From: the human T2T-CHM13v2.0 reference genome, Homo sapiens
Length of the DNA: 64,000 nt
Reading direction: 5' to 3' (one strand)
Assembly (NCBI RefSeq): GCF_009914755.1
Contig: NC_060926.1
Positions 24,970 through 37,869 of the stretch are shown piece by piece. Each line of letters opens with the position of its first letter. Position 1 is the first letter of the stretch. A program made the translations under genes and the position numbers. The notes under the pieces are model-generated. The model was not told the DNA's origin. It was given only the letters and a program-made list of their open reading frames with translations, and made no database searches.

Positions 24970-25095
24970 TCCTCCACTGCTTCAGAGAAATCACATTTAT
25001 AGGCTGGTGCATCAGTCCTGGGTCATAAATAGGACAAGGGCTGCACTCAATAAAACATTGGACCAACACACTTCTCAGTGATATGGGATTGGTGA
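24970..25095 (-). promoter_or_regulatory. Candidate TATA plus tandem CCAAT promoter
   Basis: On - strand: CCAAT 25092-25088, CCAAT 25061-25057 (31 bp apart), CArG-like CCTATTTATG 25033-25024, TATAAAT 25001-24995. Confidence 0.4.
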
Positions 25096-26013
25096 GAAGC
25101 ATTTTTAAAGGAGTAATAAAATGTAACTATGTTTTAAAACTGTCTCTTGAAATAAGCACATTCTTACATTAGCATCTGAAGTAATGTACTAGCAAGAAGC
25201 ACAAAAAAAGATATATTTCCAGGAGTACTGAAGTCCTACTGTTGTATTTCTTGGTGTAAAACACATACCACTGTGTTAATTTTCATAATTTTGTATATTG
25301 CATGTAGTGTCACATACAATGAACCAATGAGTGCAAGCTACTCTATTAGTCATTTGGATCCAGACGAAGGAATCAGATTGAATGGTTGTCATTGAGGAGG
25401 TAGTATCCCCATTCTCTCTGCCTCTGATAGAAATCACCATTGGAGCTGTGAGTGACAACCCTACCTCTGAGCGTGGGAAATCTGATTGTTCATTGTAAAT
25501 ATTTACACCTCCATTTACCATCCAAAGCCAAACATGTGTTTAGCTTCCCCCATTCTAAAATTTCATCGCAGAATCGATCAACCTTCAAAAAGGTTTATTA
25601 TATCTCCTAAAGTTATGATTGTCAAGAATACAAGACTCCTAATGACATGGATTTTTTTTCCAACAAGAACAGGAAAAAAAGCTGGGTTGGTGGGGAGCAG
25701 TAAATTCTCAAAGCTCAAGAGGCTATTGTTAATATTTGTACCACTCTATTGATTTGGGGCAGAGATGTATGGGTCCATGCAGGGGAGGGCAGCCAGAGGA
25801 AAAGAGTGGGCTGGCATCAGCCAAAACCCAAAAGAGCTTACATGAATGAAATGAGGCTAGATCACAAAAGGAGTTTGTCTTGTCTCCTGGTTTTCCTGTG
25901 GCTGTGTTTATCTGCTTACTGTTGGAGGAATATATATATCCACATGGTATTTGAAAAGCCTTGGCTTTTGTGTCTAATATTCCTAGCCAGTGTGTCAAGT
26001 CCCAGAGCACCAA

Positions 26014-26028
26014 AGTTCATGCAGTTCA
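26014..26028 (+). promoter_or_regulatory. Perfect DR3 nuclear-receptor element (VDR/PXR:RXR type)
   Basis: AGTTCA tgc AGTTCA; motif match only. Confidence 0.45.
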
Positions 26029-26588
26029 CCATTGGTTGCAGGTGGCGTCCCCAGGATTCTCTAGCATGGCTCTATGGGCTAAGAGAGAGACTCTTTCTCC
26101 AGGGCGGGGAGGGGATGAGGGTATCAATTCCAGAATGCACTTGGCACTCACTCACTGTGGTTCTTTGAAACATTCCAAGAGCAGTTTTCCACAGAGTGAA
26201 AAGAAAGTAAGAAGCCAACTCAGTCCCTGGAAATGGAGTGTTAGGGAAAAAAATAATGCTTTCCTGTTCTAATACATTTGTCTTCCTAAAAGCTTCTTTT
26301 TTGTACTTTTTTCCAAAAAATTATTATCTTTAGATCTAGATACAGGAAAAACATTTTCAAAGATACATTTGGTTAAGTGCTTTTTAAGCATTTGTTTGGA
26401 ATTAAGTCTGACATTCTCTTTTTCTCAGATTGCCCTACAAATTAGCACAGAATTATTGGCTTTTACCCAGAGAAAAAGAAGTGGAAAATAATAATAATGG
26501 TATGAAAGTATGGACCAGAACTCTGAATCCTGAAAGAGTTTACTTATTTTCCAAGAGAAGGGGTAGGGTGTAGGCAATAGATTTCGTT

Positions 26589-26606
26589 TGTGTGTGTGTG
26601 TGTGTG

Positions 26607-26639
<33 letters not shown>
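26589..26639. repeat. (GT)n microsatellite, one GC interruption
   Basis: Direct reading. Confidence 0.97.
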
Positions 26640-26674
26640 TTTATACATGCCATGTAAGAATTATTTCATATTTC

Positions 26675-26970
<296 letters not shown>

Positions 26971-29828
26971 AAGAATTATTTCATATTTCAAAAACTTTGT
27001 TTCTTTGGAAAATCAGCCTTGTTGGAGGTAGACTCACCTTTTCCAAATACTTTTGAACATGCCCACTAGTCTTTTCTTTTTCTGGACTTTTTCATCTGGC
27101 CTGCTTATATAATTAGACTACAAATCAATCAGTACAGCTCTTGATTTTCTGCAATCTTTAGCTTCAGGCTCTATGATGATATAATGATCTCACCACATTC
27201 TGCTTAAGCCAGACAATTGGATCTGCCATTTACCTTAGTGTGCCAGGAGGTGAACATGTACTACATTTCAGGAAAAACAGACCGATTTGTTCAGGTGTGA
27301 GCAGTGGTTTCTTAACCGCCAAAGCATTCCAGTTCAACAAGATGTTCCAGGAAAATATAATTTTGGAACCAGTTGGTTCAGCTCTAGGTAGGAGAGGCTG
27401 CTTAATTACTCTCAGGTGGTCTCCAGCAAGAACAGTGTCTCAGCTTCACAGCAACCAAAACCTGCCTGCAGATAGGCAGGCCTTACCCATAAATCTTCAA
27501 GGATAAGAGATGGAAAGTGAACTGGGCCAGGTCTACTTCACGACAGCAGTTACTGGAAAGTGCCAGAACTAAATCATGGGCAGAGAGGGAAGGAGGCACT
27601 AGGTGGAGGGCATGGTAAAACAGAACCTGATGTCTCAGATTCCCCAAGATCTTAATCAGAGTCACTCTGTGCTGTTTTACTGTCTGCATTCCTACCTTTC
27701 TCCAGCCACTTCCCATTACTTTATCTCCCACTTGAAAAGGTTTCGTTTTTTCATAATCTGAAGCAGTTCTACGGATGAATCCAGTCCAGTTTTTTGAGCT
27801 GCGGGTCAGGTATGTCCTGAAACCACTTTCTCCCTCATTCTACTTCACGCAAACGTAAACAACGCAAAGGGCTGCAGGAGAGAGACACCCCGGGGAAACT
27901 AATCTTGTGACAAATTTGCTTTTCTTAGTTGTTTTCCAAAAACTTAAATTCCAAAGTTTTCACTGAGCTACATTCTATTAAAAAAACAATTCTTTCCCAG
28001 CCGTGTAACTGAAGTACATCCTACCCTGGAAAAAGATCAAGGACTATTAATGGCTAAAGAAGATAATTTCAGTGCTTTGACTTAACAGACAAGAGGCCAT
28101 CTTCCTGTAGGGCACAGAGGGAAACCTAGTTTATGCAGGTTTATTTGTTCATATGATGGCAAAAGAGAGAAACCATCTCAATTTACAAGCTAAGACAACT
28201 TAACATAGAGATCATGAAAAAAACACAGTTTGGGAAACGGTGGGAAAGAAGTTAAAATCTATGAGCAGAAAAAAAAAATGAGTTGTAGCCAATGGCCAGG
28301 GTTTTTCATTAAGCTAAATCATAACCAAACATTAATAGGGATCAGAGCTAGATCCAAATATTAAATATATCAGTAATGATAACCAGTGGTATATTAATGA
28401 CATGTCATTAATGTAAGAGGCAGTGGAGAAAAATGCTTATAATATAATGTGATCTTAAAAGCAGAATGCATCTTTGGCTAGAGTCACAGAGTGAAGAAAA
28501 AGAAAAATTAATTTTAAAAAAGCAGAATGCAATTTAAAGACTACAAAATGACATATACAATATTACTTTGACAATTGTAAAAGATTAATATGAATAAAGA
28601 CAAAATGGAATATGCAAAAATAGTAATAGTTGTTACGTAGACAACAGAATTAAATATTTTTTCTTCTTTCCAATATTGTCAATTTACTTCACATTTTTAA
28701 AAGATTAACTTCCAAATCAAAGAAAAAAAGGAACCAAGAAGATTGTGCAAATCGGAAATGGAAGTCACTGCCTTATCAGAAAAATGCCATAATCAAAACA
28801 GTGTATCTTCGTGGAAGGCCCAGCTGCAAAAACACAAATCTAACCTCAAGACTATCAGCTTATTCAGGTAAAGTCACTGATCAATTTGGGCCAAAGCATG
28901 AGGCACTGGTTTTAGTTACTCAACTTGAAAACCATCCCCAGGTTATAGGGAAATGAGAAAAGGGACGCTTAGGCTCCTGAAGAAAGACTTGAAAAGTTAA
29001 ATATGTTTCGTCTGGAAAAAAAAGACTGAGAGGTGATCTCATTTCAGTGTTTGGATACCTGCAACAGATATTCCAGGCCCAAGGATGTGACCTGTCCTAC
29101 TCACTCAGAAGCAATAGGAAACTGCAGAAGGAAAGGGTTACATTAGAAAGATTTCCCCTCAAAGATAATTACATGTTTATTCCAGTTTTAGTCTAAGTGA
29201 CAGGATTACAGTTCCTTCCCCATCTGTAATCCAGGGAGAATAATGCTTGCTGCCTAAGTTTTAATGGATATAACATCTGTAAAATACTTTGAGCTCTTCA
29301 GATGAAAGATGTCACGTGAGTGCAAGGAATTATTGTTATTATTTTTGTCTCCTGCCTTCCCTATTGGTATAAGTTTCTTTGTGACATTTACAGGACCCTC
29401 CAGTCAGCCAGCTGCTCTGTAACATATCATCTCAGTGATATTTTAAATCCTTCACGTGGTTCTGATTGTACCCAGAACAAGAGCAGCTTAATTGTTAATT
29501 GTTTGTCTTGAAGGATGTAGAAGTAGTCACAGCACCCGTTCAGGGTTAGGGGGTCAAGGTTTTTCCTAACATCCACTTCAGGGCTTATGTGCTGGCCTCA
29601 TAGCGGTGGCACGGTTGATGGATCTTGTCTTTCTATTCATTTCCTTTGAACAACTGTCTGACGGCAGAGCATTGAACATATAGCCCTCCTCCACAATTTC
29701 TGTTTTTTAAGAGTCTGCATTCAGCTTCAACTAACATCTAGGGAGTGCCTCTTCAGTGTGTGCCTGGCACTGTTCGCACACCTTCGACATGCACTATCTT
29801 GTTGTTTTTTTAAAAATAACTGTTTTCA

Positions 29829-29943
29829 GCCAGATGCAGTAGCTCATGCCTGTAATTCCAGCACTGTGGGAGGCTGAGGCAGAAGGATCACTTAAGCCCA
29901 GGAGTTGGAGACCAGCCTGGGCAACATAGTGAGACCCTGTCAT

Positions 29944-29972
<29 letters not shown>
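29829..29972 (+). mobile_element. FLAM_C/Alu monomer with (CA)n tail
   Basis: Single Alu arm (aggatcacttaagcccaggag...gtgagaccctgtc) followed by ~14 CA units. Confidence 0.85.
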
Positions 29973-29976
<4 letters not shown>

Positions 29977-30379
29977 AAATAATTTTTTTCCCTACTAAGT
30001 AGCAACATGTCCATATTACTTAAAAAATTTGGAAAAGGCAGGAAACTTTAAAGAAGTAAAAAAAAATAAATGAATAAAAACCTGTATTCCAGTAATCAGA
30101 AACAATTGCTGTAGACATTTTGGTGTATATATTCTTAGTTTCCCTTTCTGTGTGTGCACACCTATGCATGTTCTTTTTACCCACTTGCTGTTATTTCATA
30201 AACTTTCCCATATTTTTAAATTTTCTTCACAAACATGAGTGGTCAGGGTGGCCTAATATTCCATCCTGCGGAGGAGCAGTGAATTGTTACGCTTTACCTC
30301 ACCTAATTTTCAAAATATCTGCATTTCAAATGAATAAAATAATCAATGGATTCTTCGTCTAAGACATTTTATTTTGGAT

Positions 30380-30620
30380 CTTTTACCAAGTCTTTGGTCC
30401 TGAAAACAACCCTGTAAGATAGAAATTATTTTACAGATAAAGAAGTAGACCCATAGGGATGAAGTCTCAGTTAGGGTTAGTAGACCCAGAGGGTCTACTT
30501 CTCAGTCTCAGTTAGGGTTAGAATTAGGGTTAGAATTAGGGTTAGGGTTAGGGTTAGGTTTGTTCCTGGTTCAAACAATCAGAAAACTAAAGAACACAAT
30601 CTAGGCCCAATGACCAACCC
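30380..30620 (-). mobile_element. MIR fragment hosting the telomeric insertion
   Basis: acaaccctgtaagatag...ttttacagataaagaagtagacccatagggatgaagt [insertion] ttgttcctggttcaaacaatcag follows the MIR core order. Confidence 0.6.
30465..30558 (+). repeat. Short interstitial telomeric sequence (TTAGGG/TTAGAA) with TERC-complementary leaders
   Basis: TTAGGG at 30471; in-phase TTAGGG TTAGAA TTAGGG TTAGAA TTAGGG TTAGGG TTAGGG TTAGG at 30512-30558; tctcagttagggttag at 30465-30480 and 30506-30521. Confidence 0.9.
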
Positions 30621-31169
30621 AGGCCTTCCCTGTCATATCATATCAGTAAACAACATGAAACATTGGACTCCTGGATTGTTTTATAGGTTTCCACATAAAT
30701 TGTTCTTCTCAAATTGTGGAAGTCAAAAAATAGTCCTTCGTAATTTGCAGGGTTTTTGAGAATGATGGCATTTTGTCATCTCCTAAACACCTGCATTCAT
30801 GCAATATGTTTACACCCCTTCGTGCTTACCAAGCACTTTCACAGCCTCCTCTTTTATCATCTGATACTTATATTTTCCTTATGAGCCAAGCAGGAAATAT
30901 TGTCCCTATTTTACTTAGTGATAAAAGTGAGGCTCATAGATAGACAGTGACTTACTGATTTATTTCTCACTTTCCAGCACCTTGATGACTATCAATTTTG
31001 TTAATCTTTTCTTTTCCATTGCAATAATTTTCTGGCTCTTCTATCTAGAAGTATCTCCATCTCATTTCCTCCTCCAAATTTTTGCAAATTTTCTAGTTAT
31101 AGTGCTGAACAGAAAAGTAATTTTTCTTACTGTAAACTCTACAGATCTCTGTAAAAAGGGACACTGATG

Positions 31170-31400
31170 ACCAGTAATGTTGAGACCCCTCTATGTGCCA
31201 GACACTGTGGCAAGGCTTGGTACATATTATCTCATTTAATTCTCCTAACAGCTCTTAGAAGTAGATTCTGTTATTTTACATTTTGTTTCACAAATGAAAC
31301 TAATGAAGCTTAAAAGGACAATTAACTTGCTTAGGAAACAGAAATTTGGGACTCAAACAGGGGCCATCTAATCCTTACCTGTGAACTATCATGCTCTACT
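31170..31400 (-). mobile_element. MIR SINE
   Basis: ctatgtgccagacactgtg...attatctcatttaattctcctaacagc...aacttgcttagg. Confidence 0.75.
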
Positions 31401-31519
31401 CCTCCATAAGATCTTGCTCCTAAAGCACATTTTATCAAATGTACTTAGCCTCATGTAAGAAGATTCTCCCCATTTTCAAAAGAATCTAAGGCAGGCCTGA
31501 ACTTATAACAAAGAGGCTT

Positions 31520-31882
31520 TGTTAATTGCGAATGTTCATGTGTGCCCGAAATTCCTATGTTGAAACCTAATCCCCAGTTTGATGGTATTAGCAGGTGTAG
31601 CCTTTGGGAGGTGATTAGGTCTTGAGAGTGAAGCCCTTATGAATTGGATTAGTGTTGTTAAGAAGGGCTATAGAGACCAGAGTTCATCCCTTCTGCCATA
31701 TGCAGACAAAGCAAAAAGGTGCCATCTATGAACCAGGAAATGGGCCCAAGCCAGAGAGTCAATCCACCAGCACCTTGATCTTGGACTTCCCAGCCTCCAG
31801 AACTGTGAGAAATAAATTTCTGTTGTTTATAAACCACTCAGTTTACAGTGCTTCATTATAGCAGTCCAAATGGACTAAGACA
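31520..31882 (+). mobile_element. MaLR solo LTR (MLT1A-like)
   Basis: aattcctatgttgaaacctaatcccc...cttggacttcccagcctccagaactgtgagaaataaatttctg...tggactaagaca. Confidence 0.9.
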
Positions 31883-32130
31883 CTCATAGAACCATGTGCC
31901 TTTATTACAAAAACACACATTTAATCAATAATTTCCTTTTTGCAAGTCAAAGGCTTATCTAATAAAATTATATCACCACCCAGAAGAAATTTGACCAAGG
32001 AGCAGTTAAATAATGGACAAATCTGGATTATTGTGTATTGGCAAGCTCTGTTATAGCATGTGCACAATTCTTTCTCCCTTACTTCACTCCAGCCTCCCAG
32101 TTTCAATCTGGCTATATCTATAATATTAGA

Positions 32131-32175
32131 GACAGACAGACAGACAGATAGATAGATAGACAGATGATAGATAGG

Positions 32176-32215
<40 letters not shown>

Positions 32216-32217
32216 CA
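32131..32217. repeat. Compound (GACA)/(GATA) tetranucleotide STR
   Basis: [GACA]4[GATA]3 GACA GAT [GATA]2 GGTA [GATA]9 GACA. Confidence 0.96.
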
Positions 32218-32353
32218 ATATTGACAGCTACACATTCTCATAGTTTGTTTTAGACCAATTCAGAAATCGCTGGATTTCTGGAACACGCTGCAATGAAGTA
32301 CAGAAGTGGCTGGGATATGTTTAAACATGGATAGCTAAGAAATACAAGAATAT

Positions 32354-32660
32354 GACAAGGCACGGTGGCTCACGCCTGTGATTCCAGCACTTTGGGGGCC
32401 CAAGGCAGTCGGATTATTTGAGGCCAGGAGTTCAAGACCAGAGTGGCCAACGTGGAGAAACCCTGTCTCTACTAAAAATACAAAAAATTATCTGGGCGTG
32501 GTGGTGCATACCTGTAGTCCCAGCTACTTGACTTGGGAGGCTAAGGCATGAGAATTGCTCCACCAGGGAGATGGAGGTTGCAGAGAGCTGAGATGGTGCC
32601 TCTGTGCTCCATCCTGGATGAGAGAGTGAGACTCTGTCTCAAAGAAAAAAAAAAAAAGAA
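32354..32660 (+). mobile_element. Alu (old S/J) SINE
   Basis: Diverged dimeric Alu with A tail. Confidence 0.92.
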
Positions 32661-33057
32661 ATTTTTTTACAAATAAAAGTTCTTATATTCTTAATTTACA
32701 AATAAAAGTTCTCTAGTTCCTGGCTACTGATGTAACAACTGGTATGAAACTTTAGTCAAAGTTCCCATGTTAGTTAAACAGAACCATATGAACAAACAAC
32801 TGGAAGAATTAGAAGAATAACTGAATAATGAAACTAATGATCACATAAGGTAATTGTAACCCAATTTGAATTCCATCTTTACAAGAAGAAATAACTCTCA
32901 TACCTCTTTCCTTTTCCTCTGTGCTAACCCACGCTGATTTCATTTCTTAACCCTATGTGCCTGCATGATTTGAAACCACCTTCCACCAATTTCTCTGATC
33001 CAGACCTAGCTGTACTCCAAATCACCCTAAGTATCAGCATCTTTTCAACCATTCTAA

Positions 33058-33421
<364 letters not shown>

Positions 33422-33549
33422 CCAATTCATACTTTTATATGTCTATAGAATTATCTTCCCCAAACACAAAGCTGATCCTGTCACTCTCCAGGTTTAAAGT
33501 GTCCAATGCTTCCCCACTTTATATATGCTGGAAACCAAATGTCACTTCA

Positions 33550-33740
33550 GCAATGAAGTACAGAAGTGTCTGGGACATGTTTAAACATGGATAGCTAAGA
33601 AATACAAGAATATGACCAGGCACAGTGGCTCACGCCTGTAATCCCAGCACTTTGGGAGGCCAAGGGGGGCAGATCACTTGAGGCCAGGAGTTTGAGACCA
33701 GCCTGGCCAACATGAAGAAACCCCATTTCTACTAAAAATA
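33550..33740 (+). repeat. 191-bp dispersed duplicate of 32290-32480 (unique flank plus Alu left arm)
   Basis: gcaatgaagtacagaagtg...gatagctaagaaatacaagaatatgac plus Alu left arm to actaaaaata, offset exactly 1260 bp. Confidence 0.95.
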
Positions 33741-35555
33741 GAGTAATATTTCTCTAGACTCTTCTCAAGCCCCCTCCCCTCTGCGTCTCCCAGTCTGCAA
33801 GAACTCTACTCTCCAGTCTACAAAACTTACAAGGAGAAAGAGGAGATGGGAAGCAAGAACACCAACAGTTACTGAGCATCTCTCAAATACTGGAGGCCCC
33901 ACTGACCATTAAGGGTCTCATCCTGCTTGATGGGCTTTGAGGCAAGAGGGCTGAAACAGACGTGCTACCTGTAGAGGCTGCAGATGAGGAGCAGTTCAGC
34001 ACAGTGACAGCCAGTGATCATGGGAAGGACTGACAGGCTAGGAGGCAAAAGAAGCAGTGTGACTTGCAGGCAGCAACACAAGAGCTCATAGCAGGAACTG
34101 ATGGCTGGGAGCAGCATGGAACATGCTGCACTGCTCCCTTCCCGGCCCCCCAACTCCTTACACAGCCAGGCCTCAGAATCGCTGTCCTCATGCTGCTTGT
34201 TCCCCATTGTCACCTGTTAGCCATTACTTTTCCATTCTTACACAAAATCCTTTCTTAGCTGCAGTTTATCCCATCTTTCTATTCTATCCTCTGCACCTTC
34301 CTCCTGGAAGCCGTAAGGAATCTCCCTTTGAGAACTTTGGAAACTGAGTCTAATCCAGTCTTCTGTCTTCATCCTGTTGTCATCATGGATGACCTCAACA
34401 CCCACCTTGACAATATGTTTGACATACTCTGCTCAAAATCTCCATAATTACAGCAATCTTTTACCACTCATTAGCCACCCACTCCCCTGGCCATTCTCAA
34501 GGCATTGTCATTGCCCAGAACAGTCTCACTCTGGGCATATTTAACTCCAGTATACCCATCCTTGACCTCTCCTGACCTCATGGCTTTCAGTGAGTATTCC
34601 AGTTCTCAGTCCCTCCCTGTCATTTCATTCCTTTATGCTTTCATAGGGACATACTTTCCTATCCAACCCAGACCCCATGGATTCTCATTTTCATTCAGCC
34701 CATTCACTCCTCCCTTTCAGCAGGTGTTCATGTCTCCAACTTCAGAGAGGAAAAATGATGAGGCTTTTCGACACTTATTCCCTCTGCTCCTAACCTCTAC
34801 CTAAAAATCCATATCTACATAACCCTCCACTTCCCTTTTCCCAGGCTGAAAGGGGAGGTGTTCCTACTCATGAGCAAGGCTAATTCCTTCACCCTAGTTC
34901 TGAATGCTTCCTTTATGTCCTTGTGCCATTAGTTATTCTTTCTTGCCCTTGCATGTTTAATCTCTCCTTTTCCTCTGATTCCTTCCTTACCAGACTGTCA
35001 GTAGAATCAAGTGTCTCACTTTTAAAACCAAAAATTCACTTTTGCTTCCCTCTGACTATCTTCTAATCCTCTCTCCTTCTATTTTCAGGTAGTTTCTTAG
35101 AAGAAATAATCTAAATTCTAGCCCAGTGCTTCTGAAACTTTGTGCATGAATCTGAGGATCACGTTCAATGAGATTTGATTGATCTCATAATCAATGAAAT
35201 TATGACTCAGTAGATTTAGGGTGAGACATGAGAGTCTGAACTTCCAACATGCTCCCAGTTGAGGTCAATGCAAAGTGTTTTTAGGCAATCCACTTCTTCA
35301 ACTCACATTTATTCTTCAACCCACTACAATCTCATTTCTGCCTCATGCCCTCCATACCCTGGCAACTTTGCCAATGACTTCCTATTTGTCCAATCTAATG
35401 GATAGGTGTCAAACTTTATGACATTTTGGGAGCATATCCAGCTTGCTCTTCCCTTTCTGAAACTCTTACCTTGACTTCCGTGACACTATTCGATCGTGGT
35501 ATTTTTCCTCTGTCTCTGATCATTCATTCTTAGGCTGCATAGTTGGGTCCTCTTC

Positions 35556-35921
35556 TGTCTTAGTCTACTAGGGCTGCCATAACAAAATACCATACAATGG
35601 GTAGCTTAAACAACAAAAAGTGATTAAGGTCCAGCAGGATTCGTTTCTGGTAAGAGCTCTCTTCCTGGTTTGCAGGTGGTCGCCTTCTTATTATGTCCTC
35701 ATATGGCCCTTCCTTGATGCGTGCCCATGGAAAGAGGGAGATCTCTCTCTCTCTCCCCCCACCATCTTATACAGCCACCAATCCTGTAATATTAGAACCC
35801 TACCTCTATTATCTCATTTAACATTTTTTACTTCCTAGAAGCCCTGTCTCCAAATACAGCCACATTGGGGATTAGGTCTTCAACATATGAATTTTGGGGG
35901 AATACAATTCAGCCCATAGCA
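35556..35921 (-). mobile_element. MaLR solo LTR (MLT1A-like)
   Basis: tgtcttagtc...ctgccataacaaaataccata...ggggaatacaattcagcccatagca. Confidence 0.88.
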
Positions 35922-36384
35922 TGTTCCTTTGCTCTAGCTTCAAAACTTTACATCCTCCAGGGTTCTGTCCTACTCCTACCCTTCTCATTCCTTGTGCCTT
36001 TTCTGTCTAACCTTATTCACATTCCTGGCTTTAGCTACCAACTGTGTGCCAGTGAGAGTTAAATCTTTATCACAAGCCTAGTTGTGTGTATCCAAACACC
36101 TACTGGTTCACTGTGAAGGAAGAAGGGTTCTTTTAAAAAGAAGAAAGAAAGAAAAACATCCATGGGATATTTCTACATGAATGACCCTCAGGAATCTCAA
36201 ACTCAATAAAACCTGCTTTTCCTCTTCTTTCTTCATCTCTATAATCCATCAATCACAACAGACAGAATCTGGAACCCATCACAGCAAGCCCAGTGTTCCT
36301 GTCCACTCCCACTCCTCTGCACTCAAGTCATTCAAGTTCCTTTATACCACTCTGCTTTTAGAACTCAGGGACTTCCAATCAAGA

Positions 36385-36620
36385 AAGCACAGTGATTAAG
36401 GATGTAGACTACCTGGGTTTGAATTCCAGTTCTACTCCACCACTTGTTAATGATGTGATCTAAGGTCATATACTCATTGTACCTTAGCTTTCCCATCAGT
36501 AAGATGAAGGTTATAAGTATGCTACCTACATCATTGTCTTGTTATGAGGAGTAAATTAAGTAATCCATGTAAAGCTCTTAGCTGAGCACATAATAAACAC
36601 TTTATTAACATTGGGTAATA
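36385..36620 (+). mobile_element. MIR SINE
   Basis: agtgattaagg...cctgggtttgaattccagttctac...ttgttatgaggagtaaattaag...tgtaaagctcttag. Confidence 0.8.
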
Positions 36621-37512
36621 TTGCAGTTGTTTGCTCACTCTTTTCTCTTTTTTTAAAGTATGCTTTTCCTCTCTTTTCTCTCCAGAAAACCTACTCATCT
36701 TTCAAAATCCAGCTCAAGAAAAATGTTCCCAAACTGATGGTATATAGTGAGGTTTGTAGAACTTGGTAAATTTACTAAAAAAATCTTTGAATCATACACT
36801 TGAAATGGATGAATTATATGATTATAAAAATGTGCCTTAAATAAGTTATATTTTAAAATTAGCTCAAGGGTCACTTCCAACACAAATTATTTTTGGCTAG
36901 CCTCCATAAATTAATGATCACTTTTTTATTGACTATGCCCAGTACCTACTTCTATCAAAGTTCCTATACTACTTTTGGACATTTATTTTTTTAACATGTC
37001 TGTCCCTCTTTTCTAAATGTTGACATTTTTTAGAGTAGGGATGATGTATTATGTCTTTGTATAATATCTCTATGTCCCAGCACAGTTAAATAAATGAGGG
37101 AATGAATGAATGCCAATTTCTACAGAAAGAAATATTTCTTAGCCATCCAGAAACTCTCCTACATAGTAACAAAGTATTTGGGAGGAGCTTATGATATCAG
37201 ATATTCTTCTGTTGGAGACTCAAAGACAATGATATTTTGGGACTCCTATGAAGCACTCATTCATTTACTTATTCATTCATTCAATAAAACCATATTATCA
37301 CATCTTAGTAGCTATTAGGAAATTAAATCCAATATGGTTCCTGTCTTATGAGCTTACAGTGTACTAAAAACATCTTTTAAATATCTTGAAGATTTTGGGA
37401 GACAATATACATCCCCAATATACTGTGAAATCCTTAAGAAACAAAACTGAGTCTTATATTTATCCTTTTCATTCTTACTTCATCTATCCCAAACCCTGGT
37501 TTTTTGAGATAA

Positions 37513-37852
<340 letters not shown>

Positions 37853-37869
37853 AAGTTTTTTTTTTTTTT

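Larger units (their letters stand above)
34330..37110 (+). mobile_element. Fragmented L2 LINE with younger insertions (MER5, MLT1, MIR, L1 3' piece)
   Basis: L2-like pyrimidine-rich text through 34330-36360 and 36660-37110, ending in gaatgaatgaatg. Confidence 0.65.

Noticed and set aside
25749-26168. 139-aa hydrophobic ORF
   Set aside because: Non-ATG start, no recognisable family, no supporting splice structure; the region is better explained as regulatory.
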